From contig NC_042999.1 in NCBI RefSeq assembly GCF_006345805.1, positions 150,102,001-150,166,000 of the forward strand: DNA of 64,000 nucleotides, read 5' to 3'. A program made the position numbers and the translations under genes. Each line of letters starts with the position of its first letter. Position 1 is the stretch's first letter. The notes beneath the pieces were generated by a model. The model ran no database searches. It saw only the letters and a list, made by a program, of their open reading frames with translations, and had not been told where the DNA came from. This document shows, one piece after another, positions 49,933 to 63,234 of this stretch. This DNA comes from Octopus sinensis. Its lineage: Eukaryota.

Positions 49933-50291
49933 AGCTTTGGACAAAATGCCAAGAAAAATGACTTCAGAAAAATGGATGCCCACACCAAAAACACACCAAA
50001 GAATTTGTTAACGGCTGAACTAGCAGAACTTGTCAGCTATTTAATTACACCATTTGCTAAAGACAAAATTGCCAAAGTTCAAGTTATTTTCCATTTGATT
50101 ATTGAACAGGATTTGGAGAAATACCAGCTTCATGTCAATGCACTTACTAACATCCAGCCTGTTACTTAAACAAGTTCAAAGAAAGTAACGGCTGCTATGA
50201 TATAATCTTCAAGGACATGTGTCAGCTTGCCAATATATCCCCAGTTTTGATACAGGGATATTCAAAAGGAGTTGGATTTAATGTAGGTGAC
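49933..50291 (+). pseudogene. Kyphoscoliosis-peptidase / hillarin / LTD-1-type transglutaminase-like domain segment with a 1-nt frameshift
   Basis: Frame 1: DFRKMDAHTKNTPKNLLTAELAELVSYLITPFAKDKIAKVQVIFHLIIEQ (cf. ELV.YL..P...D.EK.RAIF.WI). Frame shifted by -1: PACYLNKFKESNGCYDIIFKDMCQLANISPVLIQGYSKGVGFNVG, in register with recalled KY YAGLFERMCRLAGVQCMTVPGYSKGFGYQTG. The shift lies between 50149 and 50166. Confidence 0.75.
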
Positions 50292-50460
50292 TACTGGTTT
50301 TTACATTCTGAGTTTAAACCTACAAGAACCCACCTTTGCTTATCATCCTTTGAGATTCAATATAATGAATATGTAAGTCAGATACTAGGTTGATTTAATA
50401 TTCCGTAAAAGCATTGCAGATGTGAATGGAATTGTAATAGAAAACTTAAACCGTCATAAG

Positions 50461-50640
50461 CACAGGTATGACTATGTGTCTACTATACTATGTGTTTACC
50501 ATACTATGTGGTTTTGAGTTCAGTTTCAGTGCATAGCACCTTGGGCAAGTGTCTTCTACTATAGCCCTGAGTCAACCAAAACCTTGTGAATGGATTTGAT
50601 AGATGGAAATTGAAAGAAGCCTGTTGCATGTATGTATATA
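50461..50640 (+). mobile_element. SINE family A, 5' half
   Basis: gttcagtttcagtgcatagcaccttgggcaagtgtctt...gaaagaagcc. Confidence 0.8.
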
Positions 50641-50698
50641 TATATGTGCAAGTATGCATGACTGTGTGTATGCATGTGTGTGTGTGCGAGTGTGTGTA

Positions 50699-50748
<50 letters not shown>

Positions 50749-51337
50749 TTGAAATTCTGCAGTAGTTGTAAAACAAGCTCCACTGTCACACAGCGTTGTT
50801 TGTTGCCAATGCTCTGTGAAAGTATGTAGATGTACACCTCTATCACCCTCTACATCTCTTTCTCTGTCTGTCTATCTCTCTCTCTGTCTCTTTTTTGACT
50901 CTTTCTCTCTTCTCCTCACTTTCCTCTCTCGTGTTTGTATTTTATTAACAATTGTTCATATGCATGTGTCTGAGAGAGAGAGAAAGAGAAAGAGAGAGAG
51001 AGTGAAGAAAGGAAGAGAGATAAAGAGGAGAGAGAGAGTGAACGAGAGCGTATGTATGTAATCAATAGATTTTTGTGAATGTGCTTGTACTATGAATTCT
51101 GAATCCGTGAAACATAATGGACATACAAGTTTCACAAAACAAGGTCACAAGCTAGGCTTCAGACTAAGGGCCATAGGCCATAGACCATTGTGCCATAGAC
51201 CAACGTCATTGGATCAGACATACTCAAGGCACTTCACTATTCACTATTTAACACTGGAAATATGAGTGTGTAAAGCTACATTTTTGTATTTTTTAAAACT
51301 GGGATTGGTACAAAATACGTTTGGATATGTAAACATA

Positions 51338-51752
51338 GGCGCAGGAGTGGCTGTGTGGTAAGTAGCTTGCTAACCAACCACATGGTTCCGGGTTCAGTCC
51401 CACTGCGTGGCATCTTGGGCAAGTGTCTTCTGCTATAGCCCCGGGCCGACCAATGCCTTGTGAGTGGATTTGGTAGACGGAAACTGAAAGAAGCCTGTTG
51501 TATATATGTATATATATATGTATGTGTGTGTGTTTGTGTGTCTGTGTTTGTTCCCCTAGCATTGCTTGACAACCGATGCTGGTGTGTTTACGTCCCCGTC
51601 ACTTAGCGGTTCGGCAAAAAGAGACCGATAGAATAAGTACTGGGCTTACAAAAAGAATAAGTCCCGGGGTTGAGTTGCTCAACTAAAGGCGGTGCTCCAG
51701 CATGGCCGCAGTCAAATGACTGAAACAAGTAAAAGAGTAAAGAGTAAAGAGT
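51338..51752 (+). mobile_element. SINE family A, youngest-looking full-length copy (tRNA head plus CORE-like segment)
   Basis: GGCGCAGGAGTGGCTGTGTGGTAAG (A box), GGGTTCAGTCCC (B box), ttgggcaagtgtctt (CORE-like), (GTAAAGA)n tail. CpGs largely retained. Confidence 0.9.
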
Positions 51753-52069
51753 ATACAATGTCATATATAAATTATCATTTTGACAACAGCAGTAGTTGGA
51801 CTGTTAGCTGAATCATAGAATGATAGCGAACAGGCTCTGAAAGTTGTCAGTTCATATCCTGTCTCTAGTGCTCTATGTAAGAACAGTATAGTCGAGTAAA
51901 GAAGTTCCCCTTATAAGCATAAGGCCTCAGGTTCAATCTCACAGTGTGGCATCTTGAGTAAATGTCATTTTCTATAGCTTCAGGTCAGACTGTATTTTGT
52001 GTGTAGAATAGGGTCAGTGGAATCTGCATAGAAGCCCATTGAAAAGGCTGTAGGTACAGCTTTGTTTCA

Positions 52070-52233
52070 CAATTTGGCTGTGTGGTAAGAGGTTTACTTC
52101 CCAACCCCATAGTTCAAAGTTCAGTCCTTCTGTGTGGCTCCTTGGGTAAGTGTTTTTTACTATAACCTCAGGGTGGCCAAAACCTTGTGAGTGGATTTGG
52201 TAGACGGAAAATGAAAGAAACCCATCATGTGTG

Positions 52234-52285
<52 letters not shown>

Positions 52286-52343
52286 TGTGTGTGCATGTGT
52301 GTGTGTGTGTGTGCATGCGTGTGTGTGTGCATGTGTGTGTATG

Positions 52344-52378
<35 letters not shown>

Positions 52379-52673
52379 ATCTTTGTGTCTGTGTTTGTCC
52401 CCCATCTCTGCTTGACGACTAGTGTTGGTGTGTTTCAGTCACTGTAACTTAGCAGTTCAGTAAAAGAAACTGATAGAATAAGTACCAAGCTTAAAGGAAA
52501 ATAAGAACTGGGGTCGATCCATACGGCTAAAATTCTTCAGGGAGTGCCCCAGCATGCCACAGTCTAATGACTGAAACAAGTAAAATATAAAGGATAAAAG
52601 ACATTGATACAGCCCGAGAAATGTGTGTGTGTCGTGTCTGTGTGCGTGTTTGTGTGGTGTGTGTGTGTTTGTG

Positions 52674-52704
<31 letters not shown>

Positions 52705-52786
52705 GTGTGTGTGTTGTGTGTGTGTTTGTGTGTGTGCATGTGTGTGTGTGTGTGTGCATGCGTGTGTGTGTGCATGTGTGTGTATG

Positions 52787-52819
<33 letters not shown>

Positions 52820-53128
52820 ATCTTTGTGTCTGTGTTTGTCCCCCATCTCTGCTTGACGACTAGTGTTGGTGTGTTTCAGTCACTGTAACTTAGCAGTTCA
52901 GTAAAAGAAACTGATAGAATAAGTACCAAGCTTAAAGGAAAATAAGAACTGGGGTCGATCCATACGGCTAAAATTCTTCAGGGAGTTGCCCCAGCATTGC
53001 CACAGTCTAATGACTGAAACAAGTAAAATATAAAGGATAAAAGACATTGATACAGCCCGAGAAATGTGTGTGTGTCGTGTCTGTGTGCGTGTTTGTGTGT
53101 GTGTGTGTGTGGTGTGTGTGTGTTTGTG

Positions 53129-53159
<31 letters not shown>

Positions 53160-53247
53160 GTGTGTGTGTGTGTGTTGTGTGTGTGTTTGTGTGTGTGCAT
53201 GTGTGTGTGTGTGTGTGCATGCGTGTGTGTGTGCATGTGTGTGTATG

Positions 53248-53280
<33 letters not shown>

Positions 53281-53558
53281 ATCTTTGTGTCTGTGTTTGT
53301 CCCCCATCTCTGCTTGACGACTAGTGTTGGTGTGTTTCAGTCACTGTAACTTAGCAGTTCAGTAAAAGAAACTGATAGAATAAGTACCAAGCTTAAAGGA
53401 AAATAAGAACTGGGGTCGATCCATACGGCTAAAATTCTTCAGGGAGTTGCCCCAGCATTGCCACAGTCTAATGACTGAAACAAGTAAAATATAAAGGATA
53501 AAAGACATTGATACAGCCCGAGAAATGTGTGTGTGTCGTGTCTGTGTGCGTGTTTGTG

Positions 53559-53607
<49 letters not shown>

Positions 53608-53620
53608 GGTGGGTGTTAAT
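52070..53620 (+). repeat. SINE family A whose 3' half plus flank is tandemly triplicated (period 441-461 bp)
   Basis: catctttgtgtctgtgtttgtcccccatctc at 52378, 52819 and 53280. gacattgatacagcccgagaaat occurs three times. Units are separated by (TG)n. Confidence 0.95.
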
Positions 53621-53684
53621 TAACTTCTGTTATTTCATGTTGGGCAAAGTAACATAAAGCAACTAATTGCTTATTCTTCTATTC

Positions 53685-54010
53685 ATCATCATCATCATTA
53701 TGTAGCATCCATTGTCCATGCTGGCAAGGGTTGGATGGTTTGACTGGGCTGACACGCTGGAAGACTGCACCAGGCTCCTGTCTGATTTGGCATGGTTTTT
53801 CTACGGCTGGATTCACTTCCTAATGCCAATCACTCCGAGAGTGTACTGGGTGCCTTTAAGTGCCACCAGCACAAGTGCCATTTGCATGACACCGGGGTGC
53901 TTGTACGTGCAAATTTGTGTGACATTGGTATCTGCCACGGCTTTGATTTTGCTTGGCTTGATGGGTTCTCTTCTCAAGCTCGACATAATGTCAAAGGTCA
54001 TGGTCATTGT
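53685..54010 (-). mobile_element. RTE LINE 3' end (family C)
   Basis: (CAT)n tail, ccaatcactccgagagtgta, and RT-end segment cttctcaagc..caaaggtcatggtc. Confidence 0.75.
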
Positions 54011-55729
54011 CTTGATCAGTGGATTTAATGTTGTAGGCAGGGAGAAGGGGCTATATTAATATATTTGTTTATAGCCCACAAGGGGGCTAAACATAGAGAG
54101 GACAAACAAGGACAGACGAAGGGATTAAGTCGATTACATCAACCCAAGTGCGTAAATGGTACTTTATTTATAGACCCCGAAAGGATGAAAGGCAAAGTCG
54201 ACCTTGGCGGAATTAATAATTAATAATTAAAAGGGGCTATATTAATAATCTTTTCTACTGTAGGCACAGAAGTTCAGTGTCTTTGCCAGGAGCACAATGC
54301 AACAATGGTGATGTGAGATAGGAACCTTCAGCTGGTCAGTTGGCGCACTGTCAACTGCTAGAGACCAAATGGATCAATAGCAGTAACATGATAATCAACT
54401 GTTATTAGCACTTCACTACGTCTTGTGTCACGTACACACTAACTTTCAAGACACCTCTTGACACTGGTTTCATTCAATCAGTTACTGGTCAGTTTTTATA
54501 TATATAAAAAAAAAATCAAATATTTTTCTTTTCAGGTTTTCAGCTCAAGATAGACTATCAAATTTCACCGGACACTGTCTGCTTGTATGTGGTTGAGACA
54601 ATCATTTTCAGCCAATCAAATCATTTCCTTTTGGTAACAACATTTTCCTTGACACCCAGTTGGAGCCAAATGTCGCATATTTTTTTTTTACATGAAACCA
54701 GAGATTATCTCAGTGTAGTATAGTACTGTTTCTATATTGCATGACAAATTAGACATTCTTTCATACATCCTCTCTTACTCTCTCTCTTTTGGACTCTCTC
54801 TCTTTCTGACTCTCTCTCTCTTTTGGACTCTCTCTCTTTCTGACTCTCTCTCTTTCTGACTCTCTCTCTTCCTGACTCTCTCTCTGTCTGACACTCTCTC
54901 ACTAAACTGTATAAAATGAATGTTCTTACATCATATAGATTACTTTGAAGACTGCAAAGATAACATGTATATTCAAATAGATAATTAGATTTTTTCATAC
55001 ATCTGGTCATCTTGGGCATGTGTCAATACTGTTGAGTTGTGGTTAGGTTAAAAAAAAGTAAGAATACAACTCAAGTTCCATTACCAGTTGAACCATTCTG
55101 TTCTACTTGTTTTTGGTCCTCAGTCCACTGCAGGAAGACGAGTGAACTCTGGCCAGGCTGAGCTCCTCTCAACATGCTTTTTCAGATAAATACCAACCCT
55201 TTTGATACCATTCCCTTCATCATCCTCATCATCATTATTGTTGTCATCGTGAGCAGCAGCATTATCGTTGACATTATCTTCATTGTCATTATCATCGTTG
55301 GTCATCATCTCTGTCTGTCTGTCAGTCTCTGTCTCTGTCTGCCTGTCTCTTTCACACACACAGACACACACACAGCTTTCTCACATTCACTATATCATCA
55401 TTACTATACAGCTACTCTTCACCCTCTTAATCATTGGTCCTCCCTCTTCTCTTTCTCCTCTCATGACACTTGTCCTTCATTCATTATATTTGCTGCCTCA
55501 CCCCATTCCCCATCTCTCACTCTCCTGTACCCTCTTGTAGCCTCCACACTCACTCAGTTTCTAAGACTCCCACTCACTTCCACTCACTCATACTTTGAGG
55601 GTACACACAGACACCTTATCATCACTATTTTATCTCCTCCCCACCTCAGCCAACCATCTCCTATCCTGTCTTCTAAAATCAGAGTAACCATTTGGCTCCT
55701 TCTCTCATACTTTAACCCCTCATCTGTGA

Positions 55730-56335
55730 AGTCATGTGGCTTAATGGTTAGCGTGTTTGGCTCACAATTGTATGGTTGCGTGTTCAATTCTTGGTAGCAT
55801 GCTGTGTTCTTGAGCAAGACACTTTATTTCAACTTGCTCCAGTCTACTCAGCTGTCAAAAATGAGTAGAACTTGTATTTCAAAGGGCCAGTCTTGTCACA
55901 TTCTGTCGCATGCTGAATCTCCCTGAAAACTATGTTAAGGGTATGCATGGATAAGATCTGAATGGTCCTAGAACTACATCGTGCTTCTCTGTCAACTTTG
56001 GTATGGCGGCGAGCTGGCAGAAACATTAGCACGCAGGGCGAAATGCATAGCCGTATTTCGTCTGCCGTTATGTCCTGAGTTCAAATTCTGCTGAGGTCGA
56101 CTTTGCCTTTCATCCTTTCGGGGTCAATTAAGTAAGTACCAGTTATGCACTGGGGTCGATGTAATCGACTCAATCCGTGTGTCTGTCCTTGTGTGTCCCC
56201 TCTGTGTTTAGCCCCTTGTGGGTATTAAAGAAATAGGTATGCATGTGTCTGTGGAATGCTCAGTTACTGACACATTAGTTTCACAAGCAGGCTGTTCCAT
56301 TGATTAGATCAACTGAAACACTTATTGTCTAAACC
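55730..56335 (+). mobile_element. SINE family H interrupted by a young SINE family B copy (56004-56234)
   Basis: The H head gtggcttaatggttagcgtg..gttcaattc..gcaagacacttt resumes at 56235. GGTAT(G) is repeated at the B junctions. Confidence 0.85.
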
Positions 56336-57001
56336 ATCAGAGTGCCAGGTTTTTAACCCTTCATCTAATAAAAAGCCACCTCTCCTGAGGTTTGTAGCCT
56401 TCCTAGCTGCTTGGTAAGTTCACTAGTGCTGGTGGTATGAAAACAGTACATTGTTTAGTGGTTGGCATTAGGAAGGGCATCCAGCTATAGAAACCATACC
56501 AAAGTTGACAGAGAAGCACAATGCAGTCCTTGGACCATTCAAATCCTATCCAAACTGTCCAACCAATGCCAGCATTGAACAAGGACATTGAATGACGATG
56601 AGGATAATGATGGCAACGATGATGAGGATGAGGAGGATGAGGATGAGGATCTTAAATATAAGACATTGAGCTTCCATCCTGTTATCACTAAAGTGCTACA
56701 GACACAATAAAAATATATATCAGCAGTTGACGCTTTCTATAGAATTACTGTACCAACAAGAGGATGTTACAAGAAATGCAGGAAGAACACATTTGAAGAT
56801 GTTCAGATGTCACCATAAAGTAAGGACAATTTAAACAAATTTAACTTTACATATCTAACAACAGCACCTATAACTCTATAGTAACTTACTACAATATGTT
56901 ATTTTCTCAATTACTTCCATTCAGCATGAGAGAATAAGTTAGTGAAAATGAGTGAGTGAGGAGAGAGAGAGAGTGGGTGGGTGAGTGAGAAGGAGAGAAA
57001 G

Positions 57002-57082
<81 letters not shown>

Positions 57083-57357
57083 TTATAATTTCATTGAAAT
57101 TATAATCTGTTTGAACTTCTGGCAAAGCTTTGAAGACATTGTCAATGAAATGATGATATTATCAGTAGGTGGCAGAACTGTTACTTTCCTGGACAAAATT
57201 CTTAGTGGCATTTCTGCCATCTGAGTTCAAATTTTGCCAAAGTCAACTTTTGTCTTTCATCCTTTCAAGGTTGATGAAATAAGTACCAGTTAAGTACTGG
57301 GGTAGCCCCTTCCCACAAATTTCAGGTCTTGTGCCTATAGTAGAAAGGATTATTAGA

Positions 57358-57389
<32 letters not shown>

Positions 57390-57831
57390 CATTATTATCA
57401 TCATCATCATCATCATCAAGGTTGCAAGCAGGCAGAATCATTGGTATATTTGACAAAATGCTTAGTGTTATTTCTCCCAACTCATTACAAATCCCACCAA
57501 ACCCTACGCGGTTAACTCTGCCTCTCATCGTTTTGGATACAATAAATTAAAGTACCAGACCAGCCCTGGGTACTCAACTTTCCTCTCCTCTCAAATAGCT
57601 GAACTTCTACCAAAATTAGAAAGAATTATTATTATTATTATCATCAACATTATCATCATCCTCTTCTACGTTTTCCCTCTCTATTTTCCTCTTCTCCAAA
57701 TGTCCACAACCAAGTTGCTTTTCACCCTCATCGCACAGGAATCTCTGTCCATTATTAACTTAGGTAGGTCCTCAGTTTTATGTTGTGTGTCTCTGCTAAT
57801 AACATCAATGCAGCTGTGTGTGGTTTGTCCC

Positions 57832-58100
57832 CAGGGCCAGATTAAGACCCATAAACGCCTTAAGCACTTAAAAGAGTTTGGTGCCCCCATATATATGTAA
57901 TTCAAAACACAAACAATAATTAACCATAAAAATTAATTTGTTTTCAGAATGAAACAAAACTAACAGTAAGATGGGAATTAATGTTTATTTTTGTATACTT
58001 CCATTTTATTTATATTTGAGTCAAGACTATTGAAAAGGTTGCAAGACGCAATTAAAATTTTTGGAAAATAAAAATAAGAAATAAGTGGAAATTTTACCGG
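57832..58100 (+). mobile_element. DNA transposon terminal fragment (hAT-like end)
   Basis: CAGGGCCAGATTAAGACC terminus. Matches the reverse complement of 18500-18684. Confidence 0.65.
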
Positions 58101-58451
58101 TGAGTGTGTTAAATTATGAGGGACAAAAAGAGAATGACTCTCCCCAGACACAACAGAATATATTTGAAAAGTTTTCTAAATTTTTTTAATTGTAAAGCCT
58201 TTGATCAGATCCTCAAAATTAATCTTACATAACACATTTGCTTCTATACATTGTAGAGAGAAAGCATCCCAAATATTATTTTAGAAAGTTTAAAGAGATT
58301 TCTTTTGTGCAGTGAAGAGGGTGAAGAGTAGCTGTATAGTAATGATGATATAGTGAATATGAGAAAGCTGTGTGTGTGTGTGTCTTATTTTACCAACGCC
58401 ATATGCTACTAACCCCAATATTCCAAGTTCGATTCCAGGCAGTGACCCGAA

Positions 58452-58489
<38 letters not shown>

Positions 58490-58789
58490 ATGGTTAACCC
58501 AGCACTGAAATCATATGGCTTTGATGCTTGGCTTAGTAGTAGTATGCAGTAAAGCCTACTTTATGGTGAGCAATTATAACAGAGGTTAGACTCTACTACA
58601 GATATATTGAGTCCTTTAGTGGCCTTTATTTATTCAATGTTCTTTGTTTACATGTTTTTAATAACACTTATACTAAACTGGATAAATAAATAAATGACTA
58701 GGTAGATATGTAGGCAGACAGGCAGGCAGACACAAAGATGCACAGACAGACGTGAGGCAGGAGAGAAAGAATATAGAAATGATTATCTT

Positions 58790-59160
58790 TTATTTCCTTT
58801 ACTTGTTTCAGTCATTGGATTGCAGCCATGCTGGGGCACTGCCTTTTGGGGTTTAGTCAAACAAATCAGCCCCAGAACTTATTTTTGAAAGCTTGGAACT
58901 TATTCTATTGGTCTCTTTTACTGAACAACTAAGTTATGAGGAGATAAACAAACCAACACTGGTTGTCACTGTGTGGTAGGGGCCAAACACACACACAACT
59001 GGCTTCCACACAGTTTACATCAACCAAATTCACTCACAAAGGCGTTGATTGGTTTGGGGCTATTGTAGAAGACACTTGTCCGAGGTGTTGCACAGTGGGA
59101 CTGAAGTCAAAACCAAGTGGTAGCAAAGCAAGGGTCTTACCCACATAGCCATGTGTGTAC
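58790..59160 (-). mobile_element. SINE family A
   Basis: tttacttgtttcagtcattgg...agaagacacttgtccgaggtg..cccacatagcc. Confidence 0.8.
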
Positions 59161-59229
59161 TCTTGGTAATGTGGACAGAAGCTTCAATTGCTAAAATCTT
59201 GAGCAGATTCTGAAAAGAAAATAATATTG

Positions 59230-60180
59230 GTTTCAAATTTTGGCACAAGGCCAACAATTTTGGATGAGGAGGCCAGTCGATTACACCGATCCTCTCTCCC
59301 CCAGTGCACAACAGGTACTTTGATAAACCCTGAAATAATGAAAGGCAAATTCGACCTCAGTGGAATTTAAACTCAGAAAGTATAAACAGATAAAATGCTG
59401 TTATGAATCTTGCTTGGCATGCTAACCATTTGGTCAATACAAGATAACATCATCATCATCATCATCGTTTAACATCCGTTTTCCATGCTAGCATGGGTTG
59501 GATAGTTCGACCGGGGTCTGGGAAGCCAGGAGGCTGTACCAGGCTCCAGTCTGATCTGGCAGTGTTTCTACAGCTGGATGCTCTTCCTAATGCCAACCAC
59601 TCCGTGAGTGTAGTGGGAGCTTTTTATGTGCCACCGGCACAGGGACCAGAGGAGGCTGGTAATGGCCATGATCAGTTGATGCTTTTTACATGCCACTGGC
59701 ATGGACGCCAGGCAAGGCGGTGCTAGCATCAGCCATGTTCAGATGGTGCTTTTTATGTGCCACCAGCATGGATATCACGACTACAATTCTCATTTGATTT
59801 TTATTTTGATGTTGATGTACTCGACTCAATAGGTCTCCTCAAGCACAGCAGGTCACCCTATGATCCAAGGTAAGCACAGCAGGCCATCCTGCAAGCCATG
59901 AACTCACTTCATTTGTCAGGTCTTCGCAGTCACAACATATCTCTAGAGGTCTCACTCTTTTGTTGTTGCCTACATTAGTTTCAAATTTTTGCACAAGGCC
60001 AGCAATTTCAGAGTAGGGATTAAGTTGATTACATCAGCTCCAATGCTCAATTGGTATTTATTTTATCAATACCCATAAGATGAAAGGCAAAGTTGACCTC
60101 AGCAGATTTTGAAGTCAGAATGTAAAGACGGACGAAATGTCACTAAGCATCTTACTCAGCATGCCAACGATTCTGCTAAT
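59230..60180 (-). mobile_element. SINE B (59230-59430), RTE 3' end family C (59450-59950) and SINE B (59985-60180)
   Basis: Each segment matches the families defined above. Confidence 0.75.
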
Positions 60181-61028
60181 GCAAGATAATATTGGCATTT
60201 AAAAGTTACCATTGATGGTCACTCAACATAAAAATTCATTTATTTGTTAAAATGATAGCTTATTTTTTTATATTATATCAATTTTTTTTATCTATTTCTA
60301 TCGTCTAGATTGCCAATTTCCAATAATTAAACAATTCAGTCATATTTATTGATTTAAATTGCTTTTTATGAAAATTTTTCAATACAAAAATAAAGAAAAT
60401 TTTATTAATTTCAAGATATGAGATAAATGGAAAACTGTATCTCAAAACATTTTTTTACTAAAATTAAAATAATGTCCAAATTAATTAATAGAAACTTATT
60501 ACACAGTGTAGTTACTTTATTGGTTTCTATACATTAGACAAAAAAAATGTTAATTTCTTTTTTGGTAGCTCAAAGAATTGACTGAATTATCTCCAGAATA
60601 TAACGGGTATTTATTATATGAAATATTCATCATCATCATTGTCAGCATCATCATGTGCAAATTAAATGGAAGAAGTTGACTGCTGTAAAGTTTTAACATG
60701 GATGGTAATCTATTTTATCACTCTCTCTCTCAGGGACCACCCAGGCACCTCACCTGCACGATTTTTATTTCTTCAGCTCTTCCCTGATCCCCTCATCTAA
60801 AACTGTAGCTCTTTGGTAGCCAGAAACTTGTTCTGCTCTGGCTCTCTCGTACTTTTAAGCCACCGTTTCCTGGCCTAAAGCTGTCCCCTTGGAGTTCATT
60901 GTCATGCAAGCTGTATGGTAACCTCACAAGTGCCGCTAGCATATAAAAAGCACCCAGTATATGGAGTAAGGTAATTGACATTAGGAAAGGCATTGAGTCA
61001 TAGAAACCATACCAAAGCAGCATACTAA

Positions 61029-61260
61029 GGCGGCGAGTTGGCAGAAACGTTAGCATGCCAAGTGAAATGCTTAGTGGTATTTCATCTCCCATTACGTTCT
61101 GGGTTCAAATTCTGCCGAGGTCAACTTTGCCTTTCATCCTTTCGGGGTCGATAAATTAAGTACCAGTTATGCACTGGGGTTGATGTAATCAACTTAATCC
61201 GTTTTTCTGTCCTTGTTTGTCCCCTCTATGTTTAGCCCCTTGTGGGCAATAAAGAAATCA
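61029..61260 (+). mobile_element. Young SINE family B inserted into an RTE 3' end (60880-61385)
   Basis: agaaaccataccaaagcag is repeated on both sides (about 61001 and 61260). Body ggcggcgagttggcagaaacgttagc...aataaagaaat. Confidence 0.85.
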
Positions 61261-61699
61261 GAAACCATACCAAAGCAGACACTGGAGCACCATGCAGTTC
61301 TTGGACCCACCTGATCTTGTCACACCATCCAACCCATACCATTCAGGGACATGGATGGGTGTTAAATGATGATGATGATGATTGTGATTATACTGGGTTT
61401 TGTAGATGCAGATATTTTTTTAAAAAGTAATTTATTATTCACAGCCAGATGCTCTTCATAACATGTATATTGTAGCTATTTTCATCCAGATCAAATGAAG
61501 CTAGTAGATTAATGTGTCTAACTGAAGTTTCAAACATGCTAACAGGTTTATTAATGTACATGGAAACTCACTTAACTGGACTGTGCTGGTCTGCTTAACT
61601 TTATCAGAATTGATACATTATTATGTGAAAAAAAACAAAGCGAAACAAAACAACAGATTTGTCTATCAGGTCAGTTTGTAAACGTTAATAACTCCATGT

Positions 61700-61728
61700 A
61701 TACATATATATATATGTATATGTATATA

Positions 61729-61778
<50 letters not shown>

Positions 61779-61803
61779 ATATATAATATATATGTATATG
61801 TAA

Positions 61804-61837
<34 letters not shown>

Positions 61838-61847
61838 TATGTATATG

Positions 61848-61902
<55 letters not shown>

Positions 61903-61935
61903 ATATAGTATATATATGTATTATATATGTATATA

Positions 61936-62003
<68 letters not shown>

Positions 62004-62005
62004 TA
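61700..62005. repeat. (TA)n microsatellite
   Basis: Direct composition. Confidence 0.95.
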
Positions 62006-62401
62006 TATAGAAAAAGAAAATCTATCATTTATCTATCCAATCACTCGTTCTGTGTGAGCACCATAGAATGGTGATAAGCTGTCACTGAGATGAATTTGCA
62101 ACAAAGGTTTAGTTCCCGGTTGAGTCATTCCAATGTACCGACTCCAAGCTCCTGTGATTTCTGCTTATGGTTTATAGCTGGTAGAGGAGTGACTCCTCCT
62201 CCACCTCCTCCTCCTCCTCCTACTACTACTACCACTACTACTACTACCAGTAGCATTAGAATATGAACATTAAATGAAGATGATGATGATGACTACAATG
62301 ATGACAACAATGACAATGATGATGATGATGTTGATCATCATCATCATCATCATCATCATCGTCATCATCATCATTTAACGTCCATTCACTACTTCGTGCT
62401 G

Positions 62402-63167
62402 GTCTCAAAAGACTGTGAGCATCACCTTGCCTGCTGAGGGTTGGACACAAGCCTTCTCTGGAGGTGGTGAGTTATCATACTTCCATTGCTTTGACTGGAC
62501 TTTAGTTTCAGGGTTATAGTGATGGACCCATGTTTCATCCTGTGGGATAAGTCTGCCCAAAAAGTCCTTGTTTTCTTGGCACATTGCCAAAAGAGCCTGG
62601 GTACAATTAACTCGTTTCTGCTTTTGAAAAGGTGTGAGTACCTGGAGAGTCCATCATGCAGACAACTTCTCCATGTGCAAATGGTCGTGAATGATTTTTT
62701 TCCACAGACCCTACACCTATCTTCACTTCTTGGGCTAATTGCTGAACAGTTATGTGGTGATCCTCTAAAATGGCATTCTCCAATTTATGGATGGTGTTGT
62801 CATCAATGGTGGAATGTTTTTGTCCAGGAATGGGAGCAGTATCCACTGATGTCCAACCACATTTGAACTGATGACACTAATGCTTAACTATGTCATATGG
62901 TGGTGCATCATCACCATAAACTTCTTTCATCTCATTGAAAGTCTCTTTTGGTGTATGATCTTTCAAGTATAAGAACCTGATCACTTATCTGCATTTAACT
63001 GCCTCCATTATAACACCTTAGTTCAGTTCAGTAAAAGATAAACGAAAACTAGTGGAAAGCTGCAATTTACAATGTGACTTGTAGAGACAATATGACTATA
63101 CCAGTACAAGTTTCATTTCCTGCAATAATAGGAAATGGGTCAGGGGAAATCTTTAATAAATACCCCT

Positions 63168-63169
<2 letters not shown>
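62402..63169 (-). mobile_element. Second, unrelated defective mariner element (5' half; ATG at 63008)
   Basis: 5' end caaggggtatttattaaagatttccctgacc. MEAVKCR*VIRFLYLK..EMKEVYGDDAP..FKCG; ENAILEDHHITVQQLA; FLGRLIPQDETWVHHYNPETKVQSKQW..SAGKVMLTVF. Truncated at 62402. Confidence 0.92.

Positions 63170-63232
<63 letters not shown>

Positions 63233-63234
<2 letters not shown>

Noticed and set aside
51338-51410. tRNA genes at SINE heads (also 55730, 63233, 22138)
   Set aside because: A/B boxes are present but there is no complete cloverleaf or acceptor stem, and each continues into a SINE body.
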